Positions 1 through 11,314 of a stretch of 64,000 bases of DNA are shown one piece after another (the first letter of the stretch is position 1; every line of letters starts with the position of its first letter). The notes beneath the pieces were generated by a model. It was not told the origin of the DNA, made no database searches, and was given only the letters and a program-made list of their open reading frames with translations. The position numbers and the translations under genes were made by a program. Source of the stretch: Myxococcota bacterium (GTDB lineage: Bacteria; Myxococcota_A; UBA9042; PHBI01; JAWLBL01); NCBI GenBank assembly GCA_041687695.1, contig JAWLBL010000001.1:323461-387460 (forward strand), read 5' to 3'.

Positions 1-1019
1 ACGACCAGGATGAGCGGCAGCACGATGACCTTCGTGACGAAGAGGTCGATCTGCTGGTCGCCCAGGATCTCGAGGGGGGCGATGCTGACGGGGAGCTTGA
101 GGGCCTTGCTGGCGGTCAGCGTGGGGTCGCCGTTGTCGAAGACCTTGGCCGTGAACTCGAAGGTGCCGTCGCCGGTCGGCGTGCCCGAGATGGTGCCGTC
201 CGAGGCGAGCGACAGGCCGGGCGGGAGGGCGCCCGACGACAGGCCCCAAAACCAGGGCGCGGTGCCGCCGACGGCCTTCAGGGTCGTCTGGTAGGGCTCG
301 CCCTCGAGGGCGAGCGGCAGGGGCGAGCCCGTGGTGATGTGCAGGCCGTGCTCGAGCACGACGAGGCTGAGGATCTCGGTGTCCTTGGTGCCGGCCGCGT
401 CCAGGACGTCGGCGCGGAACGAGAAGGAGCCGACCGAGACGCTCGCCCCGGAGAGCACGCCGTCCGCCGCCAGGGTGATGCCCGGCGGCAGGTTGCCCTG
501 TCCGACCGACCAGGTGTACGGCGGCGCTCCGCCGGTGGCCTCGAGCGTGAACGCGTAGGCGGCGCCCTCGAGGACCGGCGGCAGCTCGACGGTCTCGATG
601 GTGAGCGGGCGCGGGACGCACTCGCCGTCGGCGCAGTCCTCGGCCTCGGCGCAGTCCGCGGCCGAGATGCAGCCCACGCAGACGCCCTCGAAGCAGGCGA
701 GGCCCTCGGCGCAGTCCTCGAGTTCGAACGCGCTGCCGACGTCGTTGCACACCAGACGTTGGCCGCTCACGCAGCCAGCAACGCCCGGCGGGCACACCTT
801 GGCGGGGGCGACCTCTTCGGCGGCGTCGGGGTCCGACGCGTCGGCCGCGTCATCTCCGGCGGTGACGTCGCCCCCCTTGGCGTCGACGTCGCCTTCGGCC
901 CCGAGGTCGCCCGCCTCCGTGTCCGACTTGCCCGTGGCCGCGTCGTCGCTGCATGCTCCGAGCAGCACGAGCATCAGCCCCAGCCCCAACGTCCCTACCC
1001 TGCCGCAGACCCTCTTCAT
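1..1019 (-). CDS. Surface lipoprotein with Cys-rich segment and tandem putative Ig (He_PIG-like) domains; truncated by the window edge
   Basis: Absent from the ORF track because there is no stop in the window. Translated by hand from ATG at 1019: MKRVCGRVGTLGLGLMLVLLGAC (lipobox), acidic linker, Cys-rich motif, then repeats ATGGAPPYTWS..GNLPPGITL...G.LSG and AVGGTAPWFW...GALPPGLSL...GTISGTP. Confidence 0.8.
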   Translation of the reverse strand, partial: MKRVCGRVGTLGLGLMLVLLGACSDDAATGKSDTEAGDLGAEGDVDAKGGDVTAGDDAADASDPDAAEEVAPAKVCPPGVAGCVSGQRLVCNDVGSAFELEDCAEGLACFEGVCVGCISAADCAEAEDCADGECVPRPLTIETVELPPVLEGAAYAFTLEATGGAPPYTWSVGQGNLPPGITLAADGVLSGASVSVGSFSFRADVLDAAGTKDTEILSLVVLEHGLHITTGSPLPLALEGEPYQTTLKAVGGTAPWFWGLSSGALPPGLSLASDGTISGTPTGDGTFEFTAKVFDNGDPTLTASKALKLPVSIAPLEILGDQQIDLFVTKVIVLPLILV

Positions 1020-1107
1020 CCGAGCCCTCCCTGGTGCGCGGCGGAGTATACTGAATTCGTCCGAAGAGGCCGCGTCTCATGCGACGCCTCTCGACGGGAG
1101 CCCCCCA

Positions 1108-1938
1108 ATGAAGCCCTCGCCCAAGCGCCTCGCCCGCAGCCTCGCCGCCCTCCCCCTGGGCCTCGCGCTCGCCCTGACCGCCTGCCCGCTGCTCGAGGAG
1201 CTCGAGCGCCGCGGCCTCGAGCCCGTCGCCGTCATCGACGACCTGACGCCCGAGGTCGAGGCCTCGGCCCTGCAGCTACGCCACGGCCCGACGCTGAACG
1301 AGCTGGCCGCCTACTACTGCCCGCGCCTGTCGGGCGACCCCCTGACCCGCGCCGCCTGCTCGCTGACCCTGGGCCCGGCGCCGCACCGCTCGCACATGGC
1401 CTTCGAGTTCGGCATCACCATCCGCGTCGCCAACCCGAACGAGGTCCCCATCCCCGCGCTCGACATCCTGCTGGCCCTCACGCTCTTCGACGCCCACGAG
1501 GCCGAGGCCCTCGGCGCCATCTGCCTCAGCCTGTGCGGCGCCGACGACCCCGAGTGCGACGGCACCCCCAAGCCGGGCGCCTGCGTCAGCACCCAGGACG
1601 ACATCCGCACCATCGACGACTTCATCGCGCGCCTGCCCGGGCTCATCGAAGACATCGCCAGCGGCAAGGCCGAGGAGGAGCTGCGTAAGTCGACCATCGC
1701 CGCCGGCGGCGACATCGTGCTCGACCTGGCCTTCGTCATGGGCATCGACCAGGCCCTGGGCGTCTTCGAGAAGACCGCCTGGGCCTACGTCGAGGATCTC
1801 CTCGCCGGACGCGACGCCTCGCTGGTCGTGCCGGTGTCCGCCGAGGGCAGCGTCTTCGTCCAGGTGCCCGCCCTGGGCCGCGTCGGCGTCAACTACGGCC
1901 CGCTGAAGACCACCTGGAACATCGAGGAGAGCCTCTGA
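1108..1938 (+). CDS. Lipoprotein with LEA_2/WHy-like beta-sandwich domain and Cys pairs (276 aa)
   Basis: ATG at 1108 after GGGAG; lipobox LTAC; ITIRVANPNEVPIP is the N-P-N motif typical of LEA_2/WHy; GC3-rich codons. Confidence 0.7.
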   Translation: MKPSPKRLARSLAALPLGLALALTACPLLEELERRGLEPVAVIDDLTPEVEASALQLRHGPTLNELAAYYCPRLSGDPLTRAACSLTLGPAPHRSHMAFEFGITIRVANPNEVPIPALDILLALTLFDAHEAEALGAICLSLCGADDPECDGTPKPGACVSTQDDIRTIDDFIARLPGLIEDIASGKAEEELRKSTIAAGGDIVLDLAFVMGIDQALGVFEKTAWAYVEDLLAGRDASLVVPVSAEGSVFVQVPALGRVGVNYGPLKTTWNIEESL

Positions 1939-1991
1939 GGCCGGGTCTCAGGGGGCTGACCCGCTGAAACGAGGCCCCAGGGGCCTGCACC

Positions 1992-4900
1992 TCAGTCGCA
2001 CACGGGGTTCGCCTGGCCCGGGGTGCCGGCCGGCGCCCCGTCCGCGGCGGGCCCGCCCGCGCACCAGGACGCGGGCAGGTCGTTGTCGGCGGCGTCGGTG
2101 GCGTCAGCCGACAGCGACAACGTCGTGAACGCCGGCACGCCCCAGCCGCTCTGGGTGTCCCAGGCCACGGCGTCGACCACGGCCTCGCCGCAGGTCAGGG
2201 CCAGCGAGTCGGCCGTGTTGGACAGCGCCAGGCCGCTCCAGACCGCGTCTGGGACGACGCCGGCCAGCGCCGCCGCGTCCGCGGTGCGAGCGAGCACCAC
2301 GGCCTCGCCCGGCCACACGAGGAAGGTGCCGGCCTCGACCGCCGGCAGGGTCCAACCCTCGCTGGGGGCGCTCGACAGCACGCAGCCGGCCAGGTCCAGC
2401 GGCGCGTCCGTCACGTTCGTCAGCTCGACCCACTCGCCGGTGGGATCGAGCGGGACGATCATCAGCTCGGTCAAGACGACCTCGCCCGCGGCGGGCGGGA
2501 GCGGGAAGTCGACGCACTCGCCCAGGGCGCAGCTGGCCCCGAGGGCGGCGCAGTCCTGGCCCGGCGCGGCCGGCCAGGTGCACGCGGCGGCGTCGCCATC
2601 GACGACACACGACGCCGGCCCGGTCACGTCGCCTACGAGGACGTCGTCCAGGCAGACCGTGCCCGGGTCGGCGCCGCACGGGTCTGGCCAGCAGGGGCTG
2701 TCGGTGGCCTCGACCAGCGGCGCCTCGACCGGGTCGTAGGCGGTCTCGGGATCCAGATCGCAGACCGTCCACGAGTGGCCGCCGTCGACGCTGACCCGGC
2801 CGGCCAGGGCCAGCGTTCCCTGTCCGCGCAAGCGGACCGAGCCCGCCCAGGCGTCCACGTCCTTCGCTTCGTCGGCCTCGGTCGCGTCCCAGTCGGCGAC
2901 CGGCGCGGCGTCCGCCCACTGCCACTGGCTGGAGGTCGCGGCGGTGCCGGCCGCGGCGACGCCGACCTGCACCAGGATGCTCTCGGCGGCGCTGTTGTCG
3001 GGGCCGGCGTCGGTCAAGCCGGCCTCGGTGAAGCGGACCTGGACCGCCACATCGGTCCCCGCGGGCGCCGTGAGGGTCGCCTCGCCCGCCACCCAGCAGG
3101 CGTCGACCGGCTCTACGTCGCCCGGGCACGGCGGGTTCGGGTCGCCGGGCGTGCCCGTGTGCAGGCCGACGGTGCCGACGCCGCCGCACCAGGCGCCGAG
3201 GTCGTCGTTGCGCTGGGCCGACAGGTGGAACGGGCTGAGCGCGTTCGACACGCCCGTCGCGAAGCTGAACTTGGACGTCCACGCGACCTGGTCGACGATC
3301 GCCCCGCCGCAGGTCAAGGTCACGCCGGGGCCCGTCTTGGCGATGGTGAGGCCCGAGCCCCACGAGTAGCTGGCCGGCAGGCCGCCGTTGGTCGTCGGGT
3401 CGGCGCTGGCCGCCAGGACGATGCGGGCGTCGACGCCGAGGACCAGCGCCTTGTTCAGCGTGTGCACCGACGTGCCCGAGGTCAGCAGGCACCCCTGCAG
3501 GTCGACCGGGTGCGTCGCGAGGTTGGTCACCTCGACCCACGGGGTCGCGCCCGCCTCGGGGGTGACGAGCAGCTCGGTGAAGGCGACCTCGCCAGCCAGC
3601 GGCGCGACGGCGGCCCCCGCGCAAGCCGCGTCGGCGCAGACCTGTCCCTGGGCCGCGCAGTCCACGGCGCTGGGCAGCCACTCGCACTCGAAGGCGTCGG
3701 CGGCGGTCGGCACGCAGGCGGCCTCGCCCGGAAAGGTCCACAAGGTGACGCCGTCCGGCTGGCAGGCGGGCGCCGGCGCGTCGGTGCAGGGGTCCGCCTC
3801 GCAGGGGTCGGCGACCACGGTGACTGCGGTGGCGTCGGCGGGGTCGAAGCCGTCGGCGGAGCCGGGATCGCGGTCGCACAGGGTCCAGGTGAGGCCACCA
3901 TCGCGGCTGGCGCGGGCTGCGGCGACGCGCTGGCCGACGGCCTCGAACGGGAGCGACAGGCCGGCCCAGGCGTCGACGCCGTCGAGATCCACCCAGCCGG
4001 TGGCCGGCTCGGCCGCGGTCCACTGCCAGCTGCCCGGGTCGGCGGCGTCGGCGGCCGGCGCGTGGCCGACCTCGACCTTCAGGGCGGCGGGGGTGTCGAC
4101 CCCGGGGGTGGCGTCGGTCAGGCCGGCCTCGAAGACGGTGACATCGACCCGCAGGGGGTGTCCGACGAAGCCGGTCGCCTGGGCAGGGCCGACCAGGACG
4201 CACAGGTCGACGGTGGTGTCCGGGACCGGGCAGGGGTTGTTGGGGGCGCCGGGCGTGCCCAGGTCGCCCGCGCCGTAGGGCGTCGAGGCGGGGCACCACG
4301 AGAACGGCGAGTCGTTGAGCGCCCCGTCGGTCTTGGTCGGATCGAGCGCCATCGCGACGCCGCTGGCGACGGGCCAGTCGACCGCGCCATAGCTGACCGA
4401 GTCGATGACCACGTCGTCGCAGGCGAGCGTGACCGAGTCGACGAAGTTGTCGAGCAGCATGGTCGCGTAGACGTAGTCGACCTCTACGCCGCCGTTGTTG
4501 GCGGCCTCGCCCGAAAAGCCCAGGACGAAGCGGGCGCCCGGCTCTAGCCCGATGGGGCCGTCCTCGGAGGCGATCAGCACGAGGTCGGTCGCGTCGTCGA
4601 CCAGGACGCAGTCGGTCAGGTTCAGCAGGGCGTCGGTGGTGTTGACCAGCTCGATCCACTCGCCGTGCGGGTCGTTGACGGCCTGCGGGTTCACCATCAG
4701 CTCGGCGATGACGATGTCGCCGGGCAGCGGCAGGGTCAGGCCGGCGCCGGGCTCGCAGCTGGGCGTGCAGCCGTCGTAGGGGTTGTCGTTGCCGTCGTCG
4801 CAGGTCTCGCCGCCGTCGACGACGCCGTCGCCGCAATGGGCCGCCACGCAGTCGGTGCGGCAGGCGTCGGGCTCGGTGTCGCTGTTGGCCGCGCCGTCGT

Positions 4901-5270
4901 CGCAGTCCTCGCCGTCGTCGAGGTGGCCGTCGCCGCACTCGGGTGTGGGCGGCAGCTCGGGGCCGGCGTCGTCGGCGTCGGTGGCGGCGTCCGGCGCGTC
5001 GGCGGCCGCGTCGGCGTCACCGGTGGCGTCGGAAGTCGTCTGGTCGGCCGGGACGTCCGGGTCGGCATCGAAGCCCGCGTCGTCCACGTCGGGGGCGGCG
5101 TCGGCGCCCGCGTCGGGGTCGGCGTCGGGCGGGGGGGTGGCGTCGGCGTCGCTCGAGGCGTCGCCGCTGACGTCGGCGTCGGGGGCGGTGGAGGCGTCGT
5201 CGCCGCATCCGGGAGCGATCGCGAGCGCGAGGGCCGTGACGAAGACGAAGCGTAGAGCCGACCAGGACAT
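1992..5270 (-). CDS. Large lipoprotein with myxobacterial Cys-rich repeat and three lamin-tail (LTD)-like domains (about 1092 aa)
   Basis: GGAGG upstream of ATG 5270; lipobox APGC; CGDG...GEDCDDG repeats; three units of GDIVIAELMVNP...EWIELVN / GEVAFTELL..P..WVEVTN / GEVVLTELM..P..EWVELTN, each ending GTPG.PN..C. Confidence 0.85.
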   Translation of the reverse strand: MSWSALRFVFVTALALAIAPGCGDDASTAPDADVSGDASSDADATPPPDADPDAGADAAPDVDDAGFDADPDVPADQTTSDATGDADAAADAPDAATDADDAGPELPPTPECGDGHLDDGEDCDDGAANSDTEPDACRTDCVAAHCGDGVVDGGETCDDGNDNPYDGCTPSCEPGAGLTLPLPGDIVIAELMVNPQAVNDPHGEWIELVNTTDALLNLTDCVLVDDATDLVLIASEDGPIGLEPGARFVLGFSGEAANNGGVEVDYVYATMLLDNFVDSVTLACDDVVIDSVSYGAVDWPVASGVAMALDPTKTDGALNDSPFSWCPASTPYGAGDLGTPGAPNNPCPVPDTTVDLCVLVGPAQATGFVGHPLRVDVTVFEAGLTDATPGVDTPAALKVEVGHAPAADAADPGSWQWTAAEPATGWVDLDGVDAWAGLSLPFEAVGQRVAAARASRDGGLTWTLCDRDPGSADGFDPADATAVTVVADPCEADPCTDAPAPACQPDGVTLWTFPGEAACVPTAADAFECEWLPSAVDCAAQGQVCADAACAGAAVAPLAGEVAFTELLVTPEAGATPWVEVTNLATHPVDLQGCLLTSGTSVHTLNKALVLGVDARIVLAASADPTTNGGLPASYSWGSGLTIAKTGPGVTLTCGGAIVDQVAWTSKFSFATGVSNALSPFHLSAQRNDDLGAWCGGVGTVGLHTGTPGDPNPPCPGDVEPVDACWVAGEATLTAPAGTDVAVQVRFTEAGLTDAGPDNSAAESILVQVGVAAAGTAATSSQWQWADAAPVADWDATEADEAKDVDAWAGSVRLRGQGTLALAGRVSVDGGHSWTVCDLDPETAYDPVEAPLVEATDSPCWPDPCGADPGTVCLDDVLVGDVTGPASCVVDGDAAACTWPAAPGQDCAALGASCALGECVDFPLPPAAGEVVLTELMIVPLDPTGEWVELTNVTDAPLDLAGCVLSSAPSEGWTLPAVEAGTFLVWPGEAVVLARTADAAALAGVVPDAVWSGLALSNTADSLALTCGEAVVDAVAWDTQSGWGVPAFTTLSLSADATDAADNDLPASWCAGGPAADGAPAGTPGQANPVCD

Positions 5271-5354
5271 GGGCTGAGGACCTCCGGACGAGGTCGGGAC
5301 CATAGTCAGCGGGTCCGGCGGACGCAAGGTGCGGCGGCGGGGCCTCGGCGGGCG

Positions 5355-8279
5355 TCAGGGGCCGTCGAGCAGCGCCTCGAGATAGGCCGAGGGGCCGAGG
5401 TAGACGTCCTGGGTCTGGCAGCTCAGGCCGGCGCCCTCGAAGGCGCCCTGCCCGTCGCCGACCTTCCAGGCGCCGGAGGCGTCGAGCTCGAGCGTGGACC
5501 AGCGCAGCTGCTTGGCGATGGGCGGGGGCAGGCGGAAGCGAAGCGACCAGGCGCCGTCGGGGTCGACCGCGGGGTCGAGGTCGAGCAGCAGCGAGTGGTA
5601 GAGCGCCGGCCCGGGGCCGAGCAGGACGTCCAGGCCGGGCACGGGCGAGCCGAAGGTGACACGGACGCGGCTGGGGAAGGGGATGGTGGACCAGGGCACC
5701 AGCGGAGCGGCGGCGCGGTCGGTCAGCACCTGCTGGACCTCGACGGTGACCTGGGGGCCCGCGTTGGTGGCGCACCAGCGGCGCTGGATGAGGGAGGTGG
5801 CCGCGAAGACGTCCTTGGGGATGGCGGCCGTGTCGACCATTTCGCGCTCGGCGGCGGTCAGGGCCGGCGGGGCGCGGTCCAGCACGCGCACCTGCTTGAG
5901 GACCAGGCGGTCGGGCCCGGTCTGGGCCGGCGAGGTCATGGGCCAGGCGCCCGCCATGCGCTTCCACTCGAGGTCGAGGACCAGAGACGAGGCGCGCTGG
6001 GCCTTGGGGAGCGCGGCGTTGGCCTCGGCGAGCCAGAGGTCGGCGAGGGCGCCGATGTGCTGGAAGAGGAAGGCGAGCTCGGCGTCGCTGGCGACCTCGG
6101 CGGGGTCGGGGCTGGCGCTCTGCAGGCGGTCGATGCCCGCTGGCGTCACGCGCGAGACCTCGGGCAGCGCGTCGACGCCGGGCGGCGGGTTGGTCACGCT
6201 GAGGGCGCCGTGCTGGGCGTTGACCACCATCTCGCGGACGGGCGCGCCGACGAGCGGCTGGGCGACGGAGAAGGTGATGACGCCGTTGGCCTGCTCGTGG
6301 AGGTCCGTGTAGGTCGGGTGGACCAGCACCGCCATGTGGCCGCTGAGGTGATCGATGCCGGCGAGGCGCCGCTCCTCGAAGGCCTCGAAGGTCCAGTACG
6401 ACGCCCAGGTGCGCTTGACGGCCCAGGCGACGCTGCGCTCGCGCAGCTTGGCGCTCGCGAGCTGCTCGGGGAACAGGTAGCCGGTGTTCGAGTCGTACAG
6501 GCCCGCGCCGTTGAAGCCCTCGACGTCCTCGGCGGTGGACGACGAGCGGAAGCGGATGCCCTGCTCGGGCTGGAAGTCGCCGTAGCGCGCCAGCAGGGCC
6601 TCGCGGAGCGCGGCCTCGAACACCGGGTCGATGGCTTGCCGCTCGATGAGCCCCTTCAGGCCGCCTTGACGGCCGAGGTAGCCGATCCAGGTGCTGGCCG
6701 GGAACTGCTTGGGGAAGGTCTCGTCGAGCCACTTCAGGTCGGCCGGGCTGCCGGCGTGCTGCTCGCGGAAGGTCTCGCCGCCCTCGAGGGTGACGAAGCG
6801 GACGCGGCGGCCCTCGTCGTCCTTCCTGGAGAACTCGGGGTGAGCCAGCAGCTCCACGATCGTGGCACGCACCGGCTCGAGGTGCTCGGCGTAGGGGCGG
6901 ATCGTCAGGCACAGCGGCGCGCGCGGGAGCTCGAGCGCGGGCACGTCCTGGAAGGCCATCATCCCGGCGCACTTGCCGCCGATGAGGGGGATGAGCCCGC
7001 GGGACTCGGCGAGCGAACCTTCGGTCAGGTCGACCAGGGAGGGCGCCGTCGCGGGGTCGACCGGGGCGATGGTCCGGGCGCCCTGCCCTCTCTTGGCGAG
7101 CCAGGTCTTGTACTGGTCGCTGGTCAGCTCCTTCCAGCGCGCCGCGGCGTCGCGCAGCGCGAGGACGACGGGTTTGCCGTTGAGGGACCAGTCCTTCAGG
7201 CGCGGATCGTAGGCCGAGCCGCCGATGTAGGCGTTGGGCGTGCCGCGGCTCTTGGCCAGCAGGTTCAGGTGCGCGAGCGGCGTCTGCTGGGTCGAGGTGA
7301 CGATGCCCGCGACGGGGGGCAGGTAGTCGGGGACGCCCCCGAGGACCGCGATGTCGCTGGGGCCGAAGGACGAGCCGCCGGTCTCGAGGACCTCTCGCAG
7401 CTTCACGAAGCCCGCCGTGATGCCCTCGTTGTAGATGATGACCTCGCCCGGAATGACGAGATCCTCGGGCAGCAGCACTCGGTCCTTAAGCGGGCCGTCG
7501 CCGGCGCGGAGCTTGGCCGCGAGGCCGCGCTGGTAGGGCGACGAGCGCGCGAGCCAGTGCAGCTGGTCGCGGAGCTCGGGTGGCAGGCCCGCCTGGACGC
7601 GCTCGTCGTACACGAGCAGCTCGGCCTCGGTGGCCCTGTCCGGGTATTCGATCTCGAAGGCCCACAGCGCCTCGGGGCGCGGGCGCTCGGGGGCCGGCGC
7701 GAAGTACAGGAGCGACCCGGCGCCGAAGAAGCGCGGCTCAGCCTGCCACTTCCACTGTCCGGGAGCGGTCTGGACCTGCCGCCCACCGAGGACGGAGGCG
7801 TAGAAGTCCGGCGAGTACAGCCGCGACTCGTGCCAACGCAGGTCGAGCGGGGGCGCGCCGAGGGCACGGACGGCGTCGTAGAGGTGGGCGATGGAGTCGG
7901 CCCCGAGGTCGAGCGGCGCCTCGTCCCAGCCAGCGATGGCGACGCCGCTGAGCAGGCGGAAGAAGTACCACTCGTCGTGCAGCGCGTAGAAGGCGGGGTC
8001 GAGGAAGTGCAGCTCGCCCGTGGGCTCGCCGAAGCCGGTGAAGACGAACTTGGCCTGGGCCGGGCCGGCCGCCGGGGGGCCCGCGAAGGCGTGGAAGTCC
8101 GAGGGGCTCGCGAACCCGGCGACCGTGTGTCCGACGAAGTCCGGCGGGTCGACGTCAGACGGCGTGTCGGTGACCTCGGCGTCGAGGTTCACGTCGGCGC
8201 CCTGGTCGGCGTCGCCGCAGGCGGCGAGGCTCGCGACGACGGCGCAACAGAGCGAGGCTACGGCGCGGCGCCAGGTCAT
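5355..8279 (-). CDS. Lipoprotein with PEP-utiliser swivel His motif followed by a PEP/pyruvate-binding (PPDK_N, ATP-grasp) domain; dikinase-like
   Basis: Lipobox LAAC; TPLAHLNLLAKSRGTPN (swivel His-domain-like); IGGKCAG; FRSSSTAEDVEGFNGAGLYDS; AVKRTWASYW; MAVLV; LDLEWK; LKQVR. Confidence 0.8.
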   Translation of the reverse strand: MTWRRAVASLCCAVVASLAACGDADQGADVNLDAEVTDTPSDVDPPDFVGHTVAGFASPSDFHAFAGPPAAGPAQAKFVFTGFGEPTGELHFLDPAFYALHDEWYFFRLLSGVAIAGWDEAPLDLGADSIAHLYDAVRALGAPPLDLRWHESRLYSPDFYASVLGGRQVQTAPGQWKWQAEPRFFGAGSLLYFAPAPERPRPEALWAFEIEYPDRATEAELLVYDERVQAGLPPELRDQLHWLARSSPYQRGLAAKLRAGDGPLKDRVLLPEDLVIPGEVIIYNEGITAGFVKLREVLETGGSSFGPSDIAVLGGVPDYLPPVAGIVTSTQQTPLAHLNLLAKSRGTPNAYIGGSAYDPRLKDWSLNGKPVVLALRDAAARWKELTSDQYKTWLAKRGQGARTIAPVDPATAPSLVDLTEGSLAESRGLIPLIGGKCAGMMAFQDVPALELPRAPLCLTIRPYAEHLEPVRATIVELLAHPEFSRKDDEGRRVRFVTLEGGETFREQHAGSPADLKWLDETFPKQFPASTWIGYLGRQGGLKGLIERQAIDPVFEAALREALLARYGDFQPEQGIRFRSSSTAEDVEGFNGAGLYDSNTGYLFPEQLASAKLRERSVAWAVKRTWASYWTFEAFEERRLAGIDHLSGHMAVLVHPTYTDLHEQANGVITFSVAQPLVGAPVREMVVNAQHGALSVTNPPPGVDALPEVSRVTPAGIDRLQSASPDPAEVASDAELAFLFQHIGALADLWLAEANAALPKAQRASSLVLDLEWKRMAGAWPMTSPAQTGPDRLVLKQVRVLDRAPPALTAAEREMVDTAAIPKDVFAATSLIQRRWCATNAGPQVTVEVQQVLTDRAAAPLVPWSTIPFPSRVRVTFGSPVPGLDVLLGPGPALYHSLLLDLDPAVDPDGAWSLRFRLPPPIAKQLRWSTLELDASGAWKVGDGQGAFEGAGLSCQTQDVYLGPSAYLEALLDGP

Positions 8280-8367
8280 GCGTCGGGGGCTCCTGCGGTC
8301 GAGCGCAAGGAGTAGCAGACGCCGACGGTCGGGGAAAATGGCGGTCGCGCGGCGGAGCCCGGGGACC

Positions 8368-9219
8368 TCAGCTGGCCAGCTTCTGCTCGTCGGGCATGGT
8401 GGTCGTCACGACGCGCATGCGCCAGTCGATGGCGACGATCTCGCCCTGCTTCATGGGCAGCCAGACGTTCTCGCCCTGCAGCGGCTCGCTGGAGACGATG
8501 AGGTGGTTGACGAAGCCGGACTTGCTGGCGTGCTCGCACTCGAAGGCCAGCGCGGGGCAGCTGTCGCGGTCCGAGCAGCGGGTCTTGTAGCTGGACCAGT
8601 AGAGGTCCTTGCCGCCGTGGATGGCCGCGAGGGTGGTGCCGTTGGTCACCAGCAGGTTCAGCAGGGCGGACGACGGGGCATCGTCGGTGTCGGCGACGGC
8701 GCGGACGCGGGCCACCGTCTCGGTCAGGGCCTGCACGACGGTGTCGGCCCCGAAGCGGCGGTCGAGCGGCCCGTGGCGGCTCAGCTCGCTGAGCAGCAGG
8801 AAGAAGATGACCTCGCTGTCGGTGTCGCCGAGGACGAAGCGGCGCAGGCGCGGCGCCACGAGATCCATCAGGGCGTCGCGGCAGCGGTCGAACTTCGGGA
8901 TGTCGCCGTTGTGGGCGAAGACCCAGCGGCCGTGCTGGAACGGGTGGGTGTTGAGGACCGAGTTGACGCCGACGGTCGCCTTGCGGATGTGGGCGACGAC
9001 CGTCTCGCTGGCGACGATGCCGCTGACGCGCCGGAAGAGCGTGTCGTTCAGGGCCGTCGAGGCGCTCTTGGTGAGGTGCGGGCAGCCGTCGACGTAGTAG
9101 GCCACGCCCCACCCGTCGGGGTGGTTGCAGCTCTGCACCGCCAGGGCGTTGTCCGCGTCGAGGAGCGACCGGTGGACCTGGCTGGGGATGACGCTACGGA
9201 AACCGAAGAGGCGACACAT
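8368..9219 (-). CDS. Class II glutamine amidotransferase family protein (YafJ/EgtC-like Ntn hydrolase)
   Basis: N-terminal MCRLFG (Cys2 nucleophile), HPDGWG, AHIRKAT, NTHPF, FAHNG, GDTDSE, SSEPL. Confidence 0.92.
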   Translation of the reverse strand: MCRLFGFRSVIPSQVHRSLLDADNALAVQSCNHPDGWGVAYYVDGCPHLTKSASTALNDTLFRRVSGIVASETVVAHIRKATVGVNSVLNTHPFQHGRWVFAHNGDIPKFDRCRDALMDLVAPRLRRFVLGDTDSEVIFFLLLSELSRHGPLDRRFGADTVVQALTETVARVRAVADTDDAPSSALLNLLVTNGTTLAAIHGGKDLYWSSYKTRCSDRDSCPALAFECEHASKSGFVNHLIVSSEPLQGENVWLPMKQGEIVAIDWRMRVVTTTMPDEQKLAS

Positions 9220-9234
9220 GGCTCACAATGTGAA

Positions 9235-9271
9235 GAAGGCGCGACGTGGTGACAACCCACGTCGCGCCTTC
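9235..9271 (-). terminator. Strong hairpin between the acyl-CoA dehydrogenase and amidotransferase genes (terminator or mRNA-stability element)
   Basis: GAAGGCGCGACGTGG-7 nt-CCACGTCGCGCCTTC, a perfect 15-bp stem with only a short U tract on the minus strand. Confidence 0.5.
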
Positions 9272-9300
9272 GTTAGTTCACCCGAGCCTGGTCGTGACGC

Positions 9301-11157
<1,857 letters not shown>

Positions 11158-11314
11158 GGCGACCCTCCTCCAGAGCTGGTTGGGGGCTGCGCGGTGGCCT
11201 CGGTCCAGGGGGCGGACGGGCGGCGCGACCCTCTCACGGACACGGAGCATAGGCGCCGCGCCGGGCCGGGGCAACGAAAATGAATGATGGTTCAATCAGT
11301 CGCCGGGGCGCGGC

